Positions 9,134 to 18,681 of a stretch of DNA of 64,000 nucleotides are shown in pieces. Position 1 is the stretch's first letter. Each line of letters opens with the position of its first letter. The notes below the pieces were generated by a model that was not told the DNA's origin, did not search any database, and was given only the letters and a program-made list of their open reading frames with translations. Origin of the DNA: Bacilli bacterium (GTDB lineage Bacteria > Bacillota_I > Bacilli_A > RF39 > UBA660); the NCBI GenBank assembly GCA_017484065.1, contig JAFUTX010000031.1:98581-162580 (forward strand), in the 5' to 3' direction. The position numbers were made by a program, and so were the translations under genes.

Positions 9134-12100
9134 TTTAAAAAGATTAGGTATTGGTTTATTAAGTACAATACTTTTTGCTAGTTTTACTGGCGATGTAAAA
9201 GCTGGTACATGTGCAGATTATTCTCAAAGTTTTACAGTCACTGAAACTGGTGGAGCAAGCGGAATCACATCTCAAAATACTTATCAATCAAATTCCAATG
9301 GAAAATATCAATATTGGAACTATAGTGTTAAGTACAATGGTGGGAGTGGAAGTATTTCAGGTGTAGGATTCTGTATTGACCCTGCTAAAAGTGGTTGGAG
9401 CGGAACAGGATACTGTACAAGAGAGGTTAATCCATATGATTCAAGTAATGGAGTTAATGTTCAAAGATTTGATAGAGCTTTAACTTATTTATATGATAAA
9501 TATGCATATAACATTACTTCTAATAGAGAATTAGGAGATTTAACAGTTAAATTAATAACTTATTATTATGGTTTAGGAGAAAGCAATAATTCTTCTAATA
9601 ATACTATTAATTGGGGACCTTATAAATTAAGACATGAAACATTCTTAAAATACAGAAATAATGTTGGATATTCTGCTACTGATAAGAATGCACCTTTGTA
9701 TGATACTGCTAATAGCAATTATACAAAAGCATTATCTTATGCTAAAGAATCTGTAGAATATGCAAATAATGATGCAAATTGGACTACTATATCAAGTGAA
9801 AATATTGCATATATAAAAGATAAAGGTATAACAGAAAAAAATGCTGCAAATGCAAGTCAAAAAAGTAGTGAAGACTTATACTGGGCATTTACTGACGCTA
9901 GTGGTAAAGAAATTAATGCAACAAAAGCTGGAAATGTGTATGATTTAGGTGGATATACTGGAGAGTTTACTGCAACTGCTTATTTAAGAATACCATTTGT
10001 TGAAAAGCTAGCTTCAAATTATGAAACTGCATTAACAGCAGCAAAAAATATGTTTAATTTTAAATGTGATAATTCAACATGTCAATTAAGTAATATTACA
10101 AGTGTTGGAAATAAAAAATATATACTTGTAGGTATTTCTGTTAAAGGTAATACATCAACTTATAATGGTGGTATTGGTTCATTTAATGATACTAACAACT
10201 CTGCTTCTATACAATCTAAAGGTAATATTGTAATATTAAATTCAAAAAATGTTGATACTGGAAATCAAGGTACAGGAATGCAACGTTATGTATTCTTCTT
10301 AAACAATGAAATTAAAAAGAATGCTGATGGTAATAAAATTGCTGATATAATATTACCAAAATTACAAAGTGGTTGTAGAAAAGATGAATCTACTGGATTA
10401 TGCTATGGTCCAGATGGAAAAACTATAAGTTGTAGTGAATATGAAAAATATTGTCCATCAACTTGCTATATAAAAGATGGTAAATATTATGTATCAAATG
10501 GTAAAGAAGTTACGGAAAGTGAATATTTAAAACAATGTCCTATGACTTGTAAAGTCGAAACTGACGTAACTACAGGTAGAAAAATATATCGTGGTCAAGA
10601 TGGTAAAATAGTTGATGAAGCTACTTATAATACTCAATGTAAAAATGATAATGGACCTCAATGTGAAGTAAAAAATGGTAAATATTACATTGATGGTAAA
10701 TCAGTTAGCAAGAAAAAATACGAAGATGAATGTCCTTGTAGTTCATACATAAGAGCAGTAGATGCTTGTTATGAACCTGGTGATGCAGATAGTAAGAATT
10801 ATGACACTATCGCTGCTAAAATTTATGGACCTAGAAATGTAAAACAATGTTTCTTCCCAGATGGTGTAGAATTAAGTGATGATTCTAATAAAAAGGATGA
10901 AGCAAAAAATACATATAAACTATCAAATACTGATGAAGCAGTAGGAGTATTAGAAAATAAATATTGTGCTGTTTACTGTAAAGAAGATTATGTATTTGAA
11001 TATCCAAATGTTAAATATGGTAACCAAGGTGAATATTTCAAATTAAAATTAAATATTACTGGCGAGAAAACATGCTACGAAAAAGTAGATGTTGATAAAT
11101 TTAATAGTGATGTTGCAACACAACAACAAAAAGTTGTAGATGCTTATAATAAGTATTCTGCATTCAAGAAAATTAGTGATGCTTATAGATCATCTAGCAA
11201 AAATAGTTGTGGAGGAGCTTCATTTACTACATATTTTGATACTTATAACGTTAGTGGTAATAGAACTAGTAATACTGCTACAGTTAAAGTAGGTAAAGAT
11301 GAAAGTGAATTATTTGGTTGTGTAAGCGTTGCTGATTATCCAGATAGTTATCAATTTGCTGATTCAAACTCATTAGATAGTAAATTAAAAGCTACTAAAG
11401 AAGAATTTGACACAGCTAAAAAAGAATTAGATAAGATGTTAGAAGACATTGAAGACTGTATTCCAGAATCTGCTAAATCAGGTGGATGGGATGATGGTAT
11501 CAATGATAAATATACTACTTGGTATGATCCTGAAGTAAGTTATACTTACGATACTGAATACAAAAATCAAAAGGATATTACTATAGCTAAAGATAAAAAC
11601 TTCTCTGAGAATATCGATGATGATCAAGAAGTATGGTCATGTAATGGCGAAAGTAATAATTCATTAACAAGTTGTAATGGTACAAAATCTGATAAATTTA
11701 CATTTGATAGAAATCGTACATTTATAAACTGTACTGATAACGGTTGTTCAACTACTAGAAAAGATGTCCCAACAACTAAATACTATAAAGTAATTAGTTC
11801 AGTAGATGCTGATTATACAAGTAAAACACTATATAAATCTAGATATCCTGATGGTAAAACAACAAATACTGATATTAAAAATGATTATGAAATTAAAGAT
11901 AATTATAAAAACTTAGTTAATGGTGTTCCAATTCATATTGAAGAAACTGATGGATTACATAAATATTCAATAAACATTGACAACTTAGGACGTTATTACG
12001 ATAAAGATAAAGGTGATTTAGGACGTTTAATTGGTGGAAGTAAGAGTGTTTATGATAAATTTGATTTAGATAGTGAATACGTATGTAGTTACGATGTTAA

Positions 12101-12992
12101 TGATTGTGAAGAATACATTAAGGATCCAAATACTGGTGAATATTGTTGTATAACTGAAGCTATAAAAGGTGCTGATGGCAAATATTACTGTAGTAATCCA
12201 CAAAAAGATACATGTAAACTTGTAGTAGATGATAGAGACAATATTTGTTGTGAAGACGAAGAAGTGCTTCAACCAGATGGTACTAAACAATGTAGTGAAT
12301 GTACTGAATATACTGATAAAAATAACAATACATGTTGTAAAGAAGATGCTAAAGAGGATGATAAAGGCGATTTAGTATGTTGCCCTGAATGTAAGGTTGT
12401 TTGTTTCTGTCCATATACTGAAAAAGATGGTAAGAAGTGTGAAAAAATCGATGATTACACATGTAAATTTAGTAAAGATGAAGACAAATGTAAAGATGGA
12501 GAATGTAAGGTTGAATGTATTGGCTCTAACTGTATTAAATTAGAAGAAGGAAATGTTAATGTAAGACAAATTTCTGAAACTAATATTAATGCTAATGAAA
12601 CATCTAAAGTAAGTAACTGGACTGAGAAGAATGAAAAAGTTGAACAAACAATTAATCAAATTCAAAGTTCAGCTAGTGAAAATAAAACTCCTGAATATAA
12701 ATTTGTTTTATCTCCAAAAGCTTTAAGCTCTATTAGAGAATCAAATAAATCTTCTTGGAATGCATTATATCAATCTAAAGAAAATAATTACTTAACTTGT
12801 GATTATATTGGTACAAATACTCAAAGAATTGCATGTAAGAGTAATTATCTAGATTGGTTAGTTAAAGAAGTATATAATGGAAGTTGTCCAACTGATGGTA
12901 GTGGAGATTGTAAATATGATTTCAACAATACTGATAACTTCACAACTTGGACAGGTGCTTTAACTAAGGGCGTAGGTCCTGCTTGGAAATAA
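9120..12992 (+). CDS. giant (1290 aa) secreted Cys/Lys/Asn-rich protein with internal CPxxC-GKYY repeats; no LPXTG or TM anchor
   Basis: signal peptide MKRNNLKRLGIGLLSTILFASFTGDVKA; dozens of Cys in CxxC/CC pairs; uninterrupted ORF; immediately precedes Tad-like locus. Confidence 0.6.
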   Translation: MKRNNLKRLGIGLLSTILFASFTGDVKAGTCADYSQSFTVTETGGASGITSQNTYQSNSNGKYQYWNYSVKYNGGSGSISGVGFCIDPAKSGWSGTGYCTREVNPYDSSNGVNVQRFDRALTYLYDKYAYNITSNRELGDLTVKLITYYYGLGESNNSSNNTINWGPYKLRHETFLKYRNNVGYSATDKNAPLYDTANSNYTKALSYAKESVEYANNDANWTTISSENIAYIKDKGITEKNAANASQKSSEDLYWAFTDASGKEINATKAGNVYDLGGYTGEFTATAYLRIPFVEKLASNYETALTAAKNMFNFKCDNSTCQLSNITSVGNKKYILVGISVKGNTSTYNGGIGSFNDTNNSASIQSKGNIVILNSKNVDTGNQGTGMQRYVFFLNNEIKKNADGNKIADIILPKLQSGCRKDESTGLCYGPDGKTISCSEYEKYCPSTCYIKDGKYYVSNGKEVTESEYLKQCPMTCKVETDVTTGRKIYRGQDGKIVDEATYNTQCKNDNGPQCEVKNGKYYIDGKSVSKKKYEDECPCSSYIRAVDACYEPGDADSKNYDTIAAKIYGPRNVKQCFFPDGVELSDDSNKKDEAKNTYKLSNTDEAVGVLENKYCAVYCKEDYVFEYPNVKYGNQGEYFKLKLNITGEKTCYEKVDVDKFNSDVATQQQKVVDAYNKYSAFKKISDAYRSSSKNSCGGASFTTYFDTYNVSGNRTSNTATVKVGKDESELFGCVSVADYPDSYQFADSNSLDSKLKATKEEFDTAKKELDKMLEDIEDCIPESAKSGGWDDGINDKYTTWYDPEVSYTYDTEYKNQKDITIAKDKNFSENIDDDQEVWSCNGESNNSLTSCNGTKSDKFTFDRNRTFINCTDNGCSTTRKDVPTTKYYKVISSVDADYTSKTLYKSRYPDGKTTNTDIKNDYEIKDNYKNLVNGVPIHIEETDGLHKYSINIDNLGRYYDKDKGDLGRLIGGSKSVYDKFDLDSEYVCSYDVNDCEEYIKDPNTGEYCCITEAIKGADGKYYCSNPQKDTCKLVVDDRDNICCEDEEVLQPDGTKQCSECTEYTDKNNNTCCKEDAKEDDKGDLVCCPECKVVCFCPYTEKDGKKCEKIDDYTCKFSKDEDKCKDGECKVECIGSNCIKLEEGNVNVRQISETNINANETSKVSNWTEKNEKVEQTINQIQSSASENKTPEYKFVLSPKALSSIRESNKSSWNALYQSKENNYLTCDYIGTNTQRIACKSNYLDWLVKEVYNGSCPTDGSGDCKYDFNNTDNFTTWTGALTKGVGPAWK

Positions 12993-13010
12993 TAGAAAGG
13001 GAAGTATAAT

Positions 13011-13421
13011 ATGAAGAGTTCATACTGGGGATATTTGTTAGTAATCTTAGGAATATTTGTAGTGGCTATACTTATGTTAACTCAAAGTGTAACCACTTCT
13101 AATACTCAAGATTATTACATAGTAAAGGAAGTAACAGAGGCGGCAATGGTTGATGCTATAGATTACGGTTATTATCGTGAATATGGCGAGCTAAAAATAA
13201 ATAAAGAAAAGTTTGTTGAAAACTTTTTGCGTAGATTTGCTGATTCTGTTGGTTTAAGTAAAACCTATACAGTTGAATTCTATGATTTATACGAAGCTCC
13301 ACCTAAAGTTAGTGTACAAGTAAGTAGTGATGCTGGATCATTTACTGTTGGTACTGATACAACAGAAAAAAGTGTTACTAACAGAATAGATGCTATCTTA
13401 GAAATTAGTGGGGAGGAATAA
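13011..13421 (+). CDS. small N-terminally membrane-anchored protein (possible pseudopilin/assembly factor)
   Basis: 136 aa, single N-terminal TM; position between giant protein and cpaB-like gene. Confidence 0.4.
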   Translation: MKSSYWGYLLVILGIFVVAILMLTQSVTTSNTQDYYIVKEVTEAAMVDAIDYGYYREYGELKINKEKFVENFLRRFADSVGLSKTYTVEFYDLYEAPPKVSVQVSSDAGSFTVGTDTTEKSVTNRIDAILEISGEE

Positions 13422-13423
13422 GA

Positions 13424-14209
13424 ATGGGTAATATAGTTGCATCTCTTAAGCGTTTACTAGCTAATAAGAATACTGTTACATTCTTAGGTGTAATAGCTGC
13501 AGTAATAGTATTATATGTTGGATATAGTATACGTGTTGGACAAGCAATTAAACAAATTCCTATTCCTTATGCTAAAAAAGAAATAGGAGCTATGACCGAA
13601 ATAACTGAAGATATGATAGGAACAGTAGATGTTCCTTCTACTTTGGTTAGTAAACATAATTTAATAAGTAGTAAACAACAACTAGTTGATATGTATGTTA
13701 CTAGTGGAACCTCTATTCCTGAAGGAGGATTTTTCCATAAGAATCAAGTAGTTCAAAAAGGTTCTTTACCAAATTCAGTTTTAGAAGATATACCTGATGG
13801 TTATACTATTTATAGTTTATCAGTTAATAATCATTCAACTTATGGTAATTCCATTTATCCTGGTGATTATATCGATTTATATTTTAAATCAACTGATGAT
13901 ACTGGTAGAGTACAATTTGGTAAATTTATTGAAAGTATTCAAGTATTAGCTGTTAGAGATAGTTCTGGTAGAGATGTATTTAGTCAAACTCAAGCTGGAG
14001 TTCCTGCTGAATTATTATTCTCTGTAACTGATGAGTATTTCCAATTATTACGTAAAGCTGATTATATTAGTGGTTATTCAATTGAAATTACTCCAGTACC
14101 AAGAAATAAATCTTATACTGCTAAAGAAGGAGATACTTCAATAGTAAGTAATGATATTAAACAATTTATTTTAGCAAAATCAAGTCAAATAGATAGTAAT
14201 TTAAATTAA
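13424..14209 (+). CDS. cpaB: Flp pilus assembly protein CpaB/RcpC-like (SAF domain)
   Basis: N-terminal TM then IPIPYAKKEIGAMTEITEDMIG..VDVP pattern typical of CpaB; 261 aa. Confidence 0.65.
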   Translation: MGNIVASLKRLLANKNTVTFLGVIAAVIVLYVGYSIRVGQAIKQIPIPYAKKEIGAMTEITEDMIGTVDVPSTLVSKHNLISSKQQLVDMYVTSGTSIPEGGFFHKNQVVQKGSLPNSVLEDIPDGYTIYSLSVNNHSTYGNSIYPGDYIDLYFKSTDDTGRVQFGKFIESIQVLAVRDSSGRDVFSQTQAGVPAELLFSVTDEYFQLLRKADYISGYSIEITPVPRNKSYTAKEGDTSIVSNDIKQFILAKSSQIDSNLN

Positions 14210-14231
14210 TAAATAATTTAAGAATAAGAAG

Positions 14232-15410
14232 GTGTTTAGAGTGAATGAAGCTATATTTTCACAAATAGACTTTGGACCTTTGAAAGAATTTCTTAATGAT
14301 GAAGCTATCACCGATATATCTTATAGTAATAATGGACAAATTCATTTAAAAACTTTGGATAAAGGTGTATATGCAGTTAAAAGACCTGAAATTAACAATG
14401 CATTAATGGAGAAATTAGCATTTCAATGTTCCAATGTTATGGGTAAAACATTTAATATGGCCCATCCTTTTTTGGATGCTGAAAGTGCCGAGCTACGTTT
14501 AAATTTTATTCATGATTCTATTGCAACTAATGGTATAGCTTGCGTTATTCGTAAAACACCTGCTAAAATAAGATTAAATAAAGAAAAATTAATAAATGAA
14601 GAATATGTAACAGAAGATGTGTTAAACTTTTTATTACAATGCGTTAAGGGGCATTGTAATATTATCGTTAGTGGAGAAACTGGTTCTGGTAAAACTGAAT
14701 TAGTTAAGTATTTAGCTAGTAACACTAACGAAAATGAAAAAATAATAACAATAGAGGATACTCTTGAATTACACTTAGATAGAATATTTCCACATCGTGA
14801 TATAGTAGCTATGAAAACTAATAATATAGCTAGTTATTCTGATGTACTTGTTACATGTATGAGACAAAACCCTATTTGGATATTACTTTCCGAAGTACGT
14901 AGTGCTGAAGCAGTTATGGCAGTTCGTAACTCTATATCTTCAGGACACAACATTTTATCAACCATCCATAGTGATAAAGCAAGTAATATACCAATGCGTA
15001 TGTATAGTTTGTTGGAAAGTAATATTGATACTGAACAATTTATAAGAACTATACATAGATATGTTCAAATAGGAATATATGTAAAAGGTTATATGTCAAC
15101 TAAATTAAATAGATTTCAAAGAGAGATTATTGAAGTATGTGAATTTTATGTTGATGAAAATAATGAAGCTAAAGTTAATACTATATTTAGTAAATCATTA
15201 GATGGAACTTTTTCTTTAAATAATCCTACTAAGCATTTAAGAGATTATGTTAGTATTCAAGGTGTAACTTTTGAAGAAGATTTATTCCATATAAATAATA
15301 AAGTAGGTAACATTCAAAATCCTAATGCTAATCAAGTAACTCCACCTGTTGTTAATACACAGAATATTAAAGCTGAAGATGTTAATCAAGCTTTAATTGA
15401 AATGCTATGA
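14232..15410 (+). CDS. tadA: Tad/Flp secretion ATPase CpaF/TadA (VirB11/FlaI superfamily)
   Basis: Walker A GETGSGKT, Walker B ILLSEVRSAEA, His box STIHSDKAS; 392 aa. Confidence 0.85.
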   Translation: MFRVNEAIFSQIDFGPLKEFLNDEAITDISYSNNGQIHLKTLDKGVYAVKRPEINNALMEKLAFQCSNVMGKTFNMAHPFLDAESAELRLNFIHDSIATNGIACVIRKTPAKIRLNKEKLINEEYVTEDVLNFLLQCVKGHCNIIVSGETGSGKTELVKYLASNTNENEKIITIEDTLELHLDRIFPHRDIVAMKTNNIASYSDVLVTCMRQNPIWILLSEVRSAEAVMAVRNSISSGHNILSTIHSDKASNIPMRMYSLLESNIDTEQFIRTIHRYVQIGIYVKGYMSTKLNRFQREIIEVCEFYVDENNEAKVNTIFSKSLDGTFSLNNPTKHLRDYVSIQGVTFEEDLFHINNKVGNIQNPNANQVTPPVVNTQNIKAEDVNQALIEML

Positions 15411-15423
15411 AAGGAGTGAATTT

Positions 15424-16317
15424 ATGGAACTTATATTATTACTCATCATAGCTTTAACTGTAGTAGGATACCGTAAAGGTGGTAAAGCTGGTGTATCTAA
15501 ATTTTTCACTGGCCAAGTTACATCTATTTATAATAAATATGTACCTTATAGTTATGAAGTTGTTAAAGCAAAAGTTAAAGAATTAGGACAAGATTATAGT
15601 GTAAAACAATATACTACACAAGTAATTATCTTTGCAGTAGGAGGATTTGGTATATCATTTTTATATTTCTATAATATAATGATATCAGCTATTTATGCTG
15701 TAATTGCTGTAATGTTTGTACCATATCTTGCATATCTTAGAAGTCAAAGATTATATAGTGAATACATATTTGAACAAATACAAATATATACTACTAATAC
15801 TATAATGGAATTTAATACTACACAAAGTTTTGTTAAATCATTAGAAGGTGTTAGAGATAGTGGTATATTAGAAGATCCGGTTTTGACAGATGTTAAAAGA
15901 ATGATTGATATGTCTTATCAAAATGGTGTTATAGATGAATCGATAGAGTATTTTAATGCTAAATATCCATATTATATGGTTAAGAATATGCATCAATTAT
16001 TCCTACAAATAACTAAAGAAGGTGCTAAAGATAGTGGCGATGCCTTAGAGAACATGTCAATGGATATTGACTCATTAGTTGAAGGTGTATATCGTGACCA
16101 AATGGATCGTAAAGAATTCCATAAAAAGTTCTTAACATTTGGTGTTATGTTATATTTCTTAGTTATGACAATGCAATTCTTATTAGGTAGAGATGAATAT
16201 AAGAAAATGTTAGATTTATGGTATGTTAATCTAATCTTACATGTAATTATAATCATTAATACTTACTTCTTAGTAAGTGGAGAAAAGTATTATAATGAAG
16301 ATGTGGGGGTAGAATAA
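15424..16317 (+). CDS. tadB: TadB-like polytopic membrane platform protein (T2SS-F fold); ORF track start 15397 likely upstream extension
   Basis: AGGAG RBS 7 nt before ATG 15424; TM-cytoplasmic domain-TM topology; position after ATPase. Confidence 0.55.
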   Translation: MELILLLIIALTVVGYRKGGKAGVSKFFTGQVTSIYNKYVPYSYEVVKAKVKELGQDYSVKQYTTQVIIFAVGGFGISFLYFYNIMISAIYAVIAVMFVPYLAYLRSQRLYSEYIFEQIQIYTTNTIMEFNTTQSFVKSLEGVRDSGILEDPVLTDVKRMIDMSYQNGVIDESIEYFNAKYPYYMVKNMHQLFLQITKEGAKDSGDALENMSMDIDSLVEGVYRDQMDRKEFHKKFLTFGVMLYFLVMTMQFLLGRDEYKKMLDLWYVNLILHVIIIINTYFLVSGEKYYNEDVGVE

Positions 16318-16318
16318 T

Positions 16319-17107
16319 ATGTATATAGAGATATTTATAATTGGTGGAATAATTCTATTTGTATTATTCTATACTGGTCAAATTAATAGAAATAAGTTCT
16401 TTAATGATAATCATGCTTATTTTTCTAAGCTTAAAGAAGAAGATTATGATTTCTTAGTAAAAGTTAAATATGGTGAAGGTGTTAATGCTGATATCTTATT
16501 TAATAAGAGAATTAAAAATGCAGTTATGGTAGGAGCAGTTGTTCTAATTGTTACCTTAGGTGAAGCTTCTTACCTAACAGTGTTATTATCTTTAGGAGTA
16601 GGAGTATTTATTTTTAAATCGGGTTATTCTAGTTTAAAAAGATACTATAAAGCTCATTTAAATCAAGTTAATACAATGTTACCTTATTATTTAAAAAGCT
16701 TAGAGATTCTTATTCAACACTATACTGTACCAGTAGCTATTGGTAAGAGTTTAAATGATGCTCCAGGTATATTTAAAGATGGTTTACAAGAGCTCGTAAA
16801 TGCAATTAATGCTGGTGATGATTCAATTCAACCGTATATGGATTTTGCCAAGAAATATCCAGTAAGAGATTCAATGCGTATGATGCGTTTATTATATCGT
16901 TTAAGTTTAGGTAAACAAGAGAGAAAACAAGAACAATTAGTTACATTCTCTCATTCAATATCTAACTTACAACAAAAAGCAAGAGAATCTAAATATAAAG
17001 CCCGTCTTGATAAGATGGAAGGTAAAACAATGAAAATGCTTATGGTAACAGGAGCAGGAGTAATGGGTTTACTACTTTTATCTGTATTTATGTTAATGGG
17101 AATGTAA
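16319..17107 (+). CDS. tadC: TadC-like membrane platform protein
   Basis: 262 aa, N-terminal TM, helical cytoplasmic domain, C-terminal TMs; pairs with TadB-like. Confidence 0.5.
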   Translation: MYIEIFIIGGIILFVLFYTGQINRNKFFNDNHAYFSKLKEEDYDFLVKVKYGEGVNADILFNKRIKNAVMVGAVVLIVTLGEASYLTVLLSLGVGVFIFKSGYSSLKRYYKAHLNQVNTMLPYYLKSLEILIQHYTVPVAIGKSLNDAPGIFKDGLQELVNAINAGDDSIQPYMDFAKKYPVRDSMRMMRLLYRLSLGKQERKQEQLVTFSHSISNLQQKARESKYKARLDKMEGKTMKMLMVTGAGVMGLLLLSVFMLMGM

Positions 17108-17186
17108 AGTATAATTAAAATATTGATAATTATTAAAAAAAAAGTTATAATATAAATAGTTAAACTAAAGGAGGAATTAATAATTT

Positions 17187-17396
17187 ATGAAAGAAGCAAC
17201 AGGAGAACTAAATATGACAGTTATTGTTGTTATAGCATTAGCAGCTATTTCAGCATTATTTGTAACATTTATTATGCCAATGATACAAAATAGTATTACT
17301 ACTAATTCATGCCATTCTTCAGGATATAATACAAAAGATGTCAATGGTAAATTAGAATGTGACTATAGTAGTACATATACTGCTCCATCAAATTAA
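17187..17396 (+). CDS. Flp/Tad-type prepilin-like protein 1 (69 aa, leader MKEATGELN, 2 Cys)
   Basis: short charged leader ending in G, followed by hydrophobic helix TVIVVIALAAISALFVTFI; RBS AGGAGG upstream. Confidence 0.5.
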   Translation: MKEATGELNMTVIVVIALAAISALFVTFIMPMIQNSITTNSCHSSGYNTKDVNGKLECDYSSTYTAPSN

Positions 17397-17407
17397 GGTG
17401 ATATAAT

Positions 17408-17629
17408 ATGAAAGAGGCAACGGGAGAACTTAATTCAACAGTTATTGTTGTTATAATAGTAGGGCTTGTTATTGCCTTTTTCTTTTCTGTTGTATGGCCA
17501 ATGATTGATAGAGATGTTAGCGATACTGCAGATTGTAGTAAAGCAGTATGTGGGACAGATGTTGGTGATGACGGAAAAGTTGATTGCAAAAACGGAAACA
17601 AAACTATAAGATGTCCTTATAAGGGGTAG
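17408..17629 (+). CDS. Flp/Tad-type prepilin-like protein 2 (73 aa, identical leader, 4 Cys)
   Basis: MKEATGELNSTVIVVIIVGLVIAFFF; paralog of previous. Confidence 0.5.
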   Translation: MKEATGELNSTVIVVIIVGLVIAFFFSVVWPMIDRDVSDTADCSKAVCGTDVGDDGKVDCKNGNKTIRCPYKG

Positions 17630-17639
17630 GTGGTCATAA

Positions 17640-18056
17640 TTGAAAGAATCAATTGAAGGGACTACTTTATTAACAATTGTTATGGTATTTTTATTTGTAT
17701 TCACAGCAGTTATATGTGTATCTTTAAACTATTCAAATGCCTTTAAAACTAAAAATGATTTGATTAAGTATATAGAAAGACATGGTATAGAAGCTGCTAA
17801 AGATGCGGAATATATAGAAAATCTTAAACAAAATGGTTATACTGCAACTGGAACATGTCCTAATGAAGAGGGTTTTACACCGGTTGGCGATGATGACGGA
17901 ACTTTGTTTTGTTATAAAGAAAATAAAAGTAACAGTTCAGCAGAATTAAGTAATAGCAAATATTATGATATTGTTGTTTTTTATAAAATTGATGTACCAT
18001 TGGTTAATAAAATATCTTTTCAAGTTCGTGGTAGTACAAAAAGTATTTATAATTAG
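17640..18056 (+). CDS. TadE-like pseudopilin (TTG start), ATGTCP motif, 2 Cys
   Basis: N-terminal TM LLTIVMVFLFVFTAVICV then globular domain; RBS AAGGGGTAGGTGG. Confidence 0.45.
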   Translation: MKESIEGTTLLTIVMVFLFVFTAVICVSLNYSNAFKTKNDLIKYIERHGIEAAKDAEYIENLKQNGYTATGTCPNEEGFTPVGDDDGTLFCYKENKSNSSAELSNSKYYDIVVFYKIDVPLVNKISFQVRGSTKSIYN

Positions 18057-18071
18057 AAATGCGGTGATATA

Positions 18072-18650
18072 ATGAGAGAAAGTATGGGTTCGACTTGGAT
18101 AATGAGTTTAATGATTAGCTTTATCTTTATATTCACTGCTTTTTTAATACTTGCAATGAATTTTACTAAAGTTTATAAGATGAAAAATGAAGTAACTACT
18201 ATTTTAGAAAAATACGAAGGTGTAACAAGGAGTTCTAAAGGAGAAAAAAGCAATGGCTGGGGGTCTATATCACTAGTTAAAAATTATTTATCAGCTAGTG
18301 GTTATTCAGCAACTGGTAATTGTCCAGTAGATACTGAATCTGATCCTAAAGGTGAGAGATTAGGTTTGTGGTATGGAGCTACCGATTTAGTTGCTAATAA
18401 TGGAGTTTTAAAAAAAGTAAGTGATTCTAATGAAAAGTTTTATTTTTGTGTTAGAGCTAATAATATTGACAATTCCAAAATGACTTATTTTGATATAAGG
18501 TTATTTTTAAAATTTAATTTACCTGTAATTGGAAATATTACTGCTTTTAGAATTAATGGAAGTACCATAGATATAAAAAATGCCTATTGTAACGGATTTG
18601 AAAGTGGATATAGTACTGGTAAATGTATAGCTACTAAAGTAACTACTTAA
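18072..18650 (+). CDS. TadE/TadG-like pseudopilin paralog, ATGNCP motif, 5 Cys
   Basis: N-terminal TM IMSLMISFIFIFTAFLILA; shares GYxATGxCP motif with previous ORF. Confidence 0.45.
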   Translation: MRESMGSTWIMSLMISFIFIFTAFLILAMNFTKVYKMKNEVTTILEKYEGVTRSSKGEKSNGWGSISLVKNYLSASGYSATGNCPVDTESDPKGERLGLWYGATDLVANNGVLKKVSDSNEKFYFCVRANNIDNSKMTYFDIRLFLKFNLPVIGNITAFRINGSTIDIKNAYCNGFESGYSTGKCIATKVTT

Positions 18651-18681
18651 ATTTTGATTAACAGGAAGAAAAGAGGATAAT

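Noticed and set aside
8950-9168. 72-aa minus-strand ORF
   Set aside because: Antisense to the end of the anchored-protein gene and the start of the giant gene; low-complexity hydrophobic translation of AT-rich antisense; spurious.
12066-12290. 74-aa minus-strand ORF inside giant gene
   Set aside because: Antisense within a long well-supported ORF; no RBS; spurious.
14510-14725. 71-aa minus-strand ORF inside cpaF-like ATPase gene
   Set aside because: Antisense to conserved Walker A region; spurious.
15993-16256. 87-aa minus-strand ORF inside tadB-like gene
   Set aside because: Antisense, no independent support.
17341-17704. Two minus-strand ORFs (86 and 89 aa) across the prepilin genes
   Set aside because: Antisense to two tandem short genes with good RBSs and conserved leaders on the plus strand; spurious.
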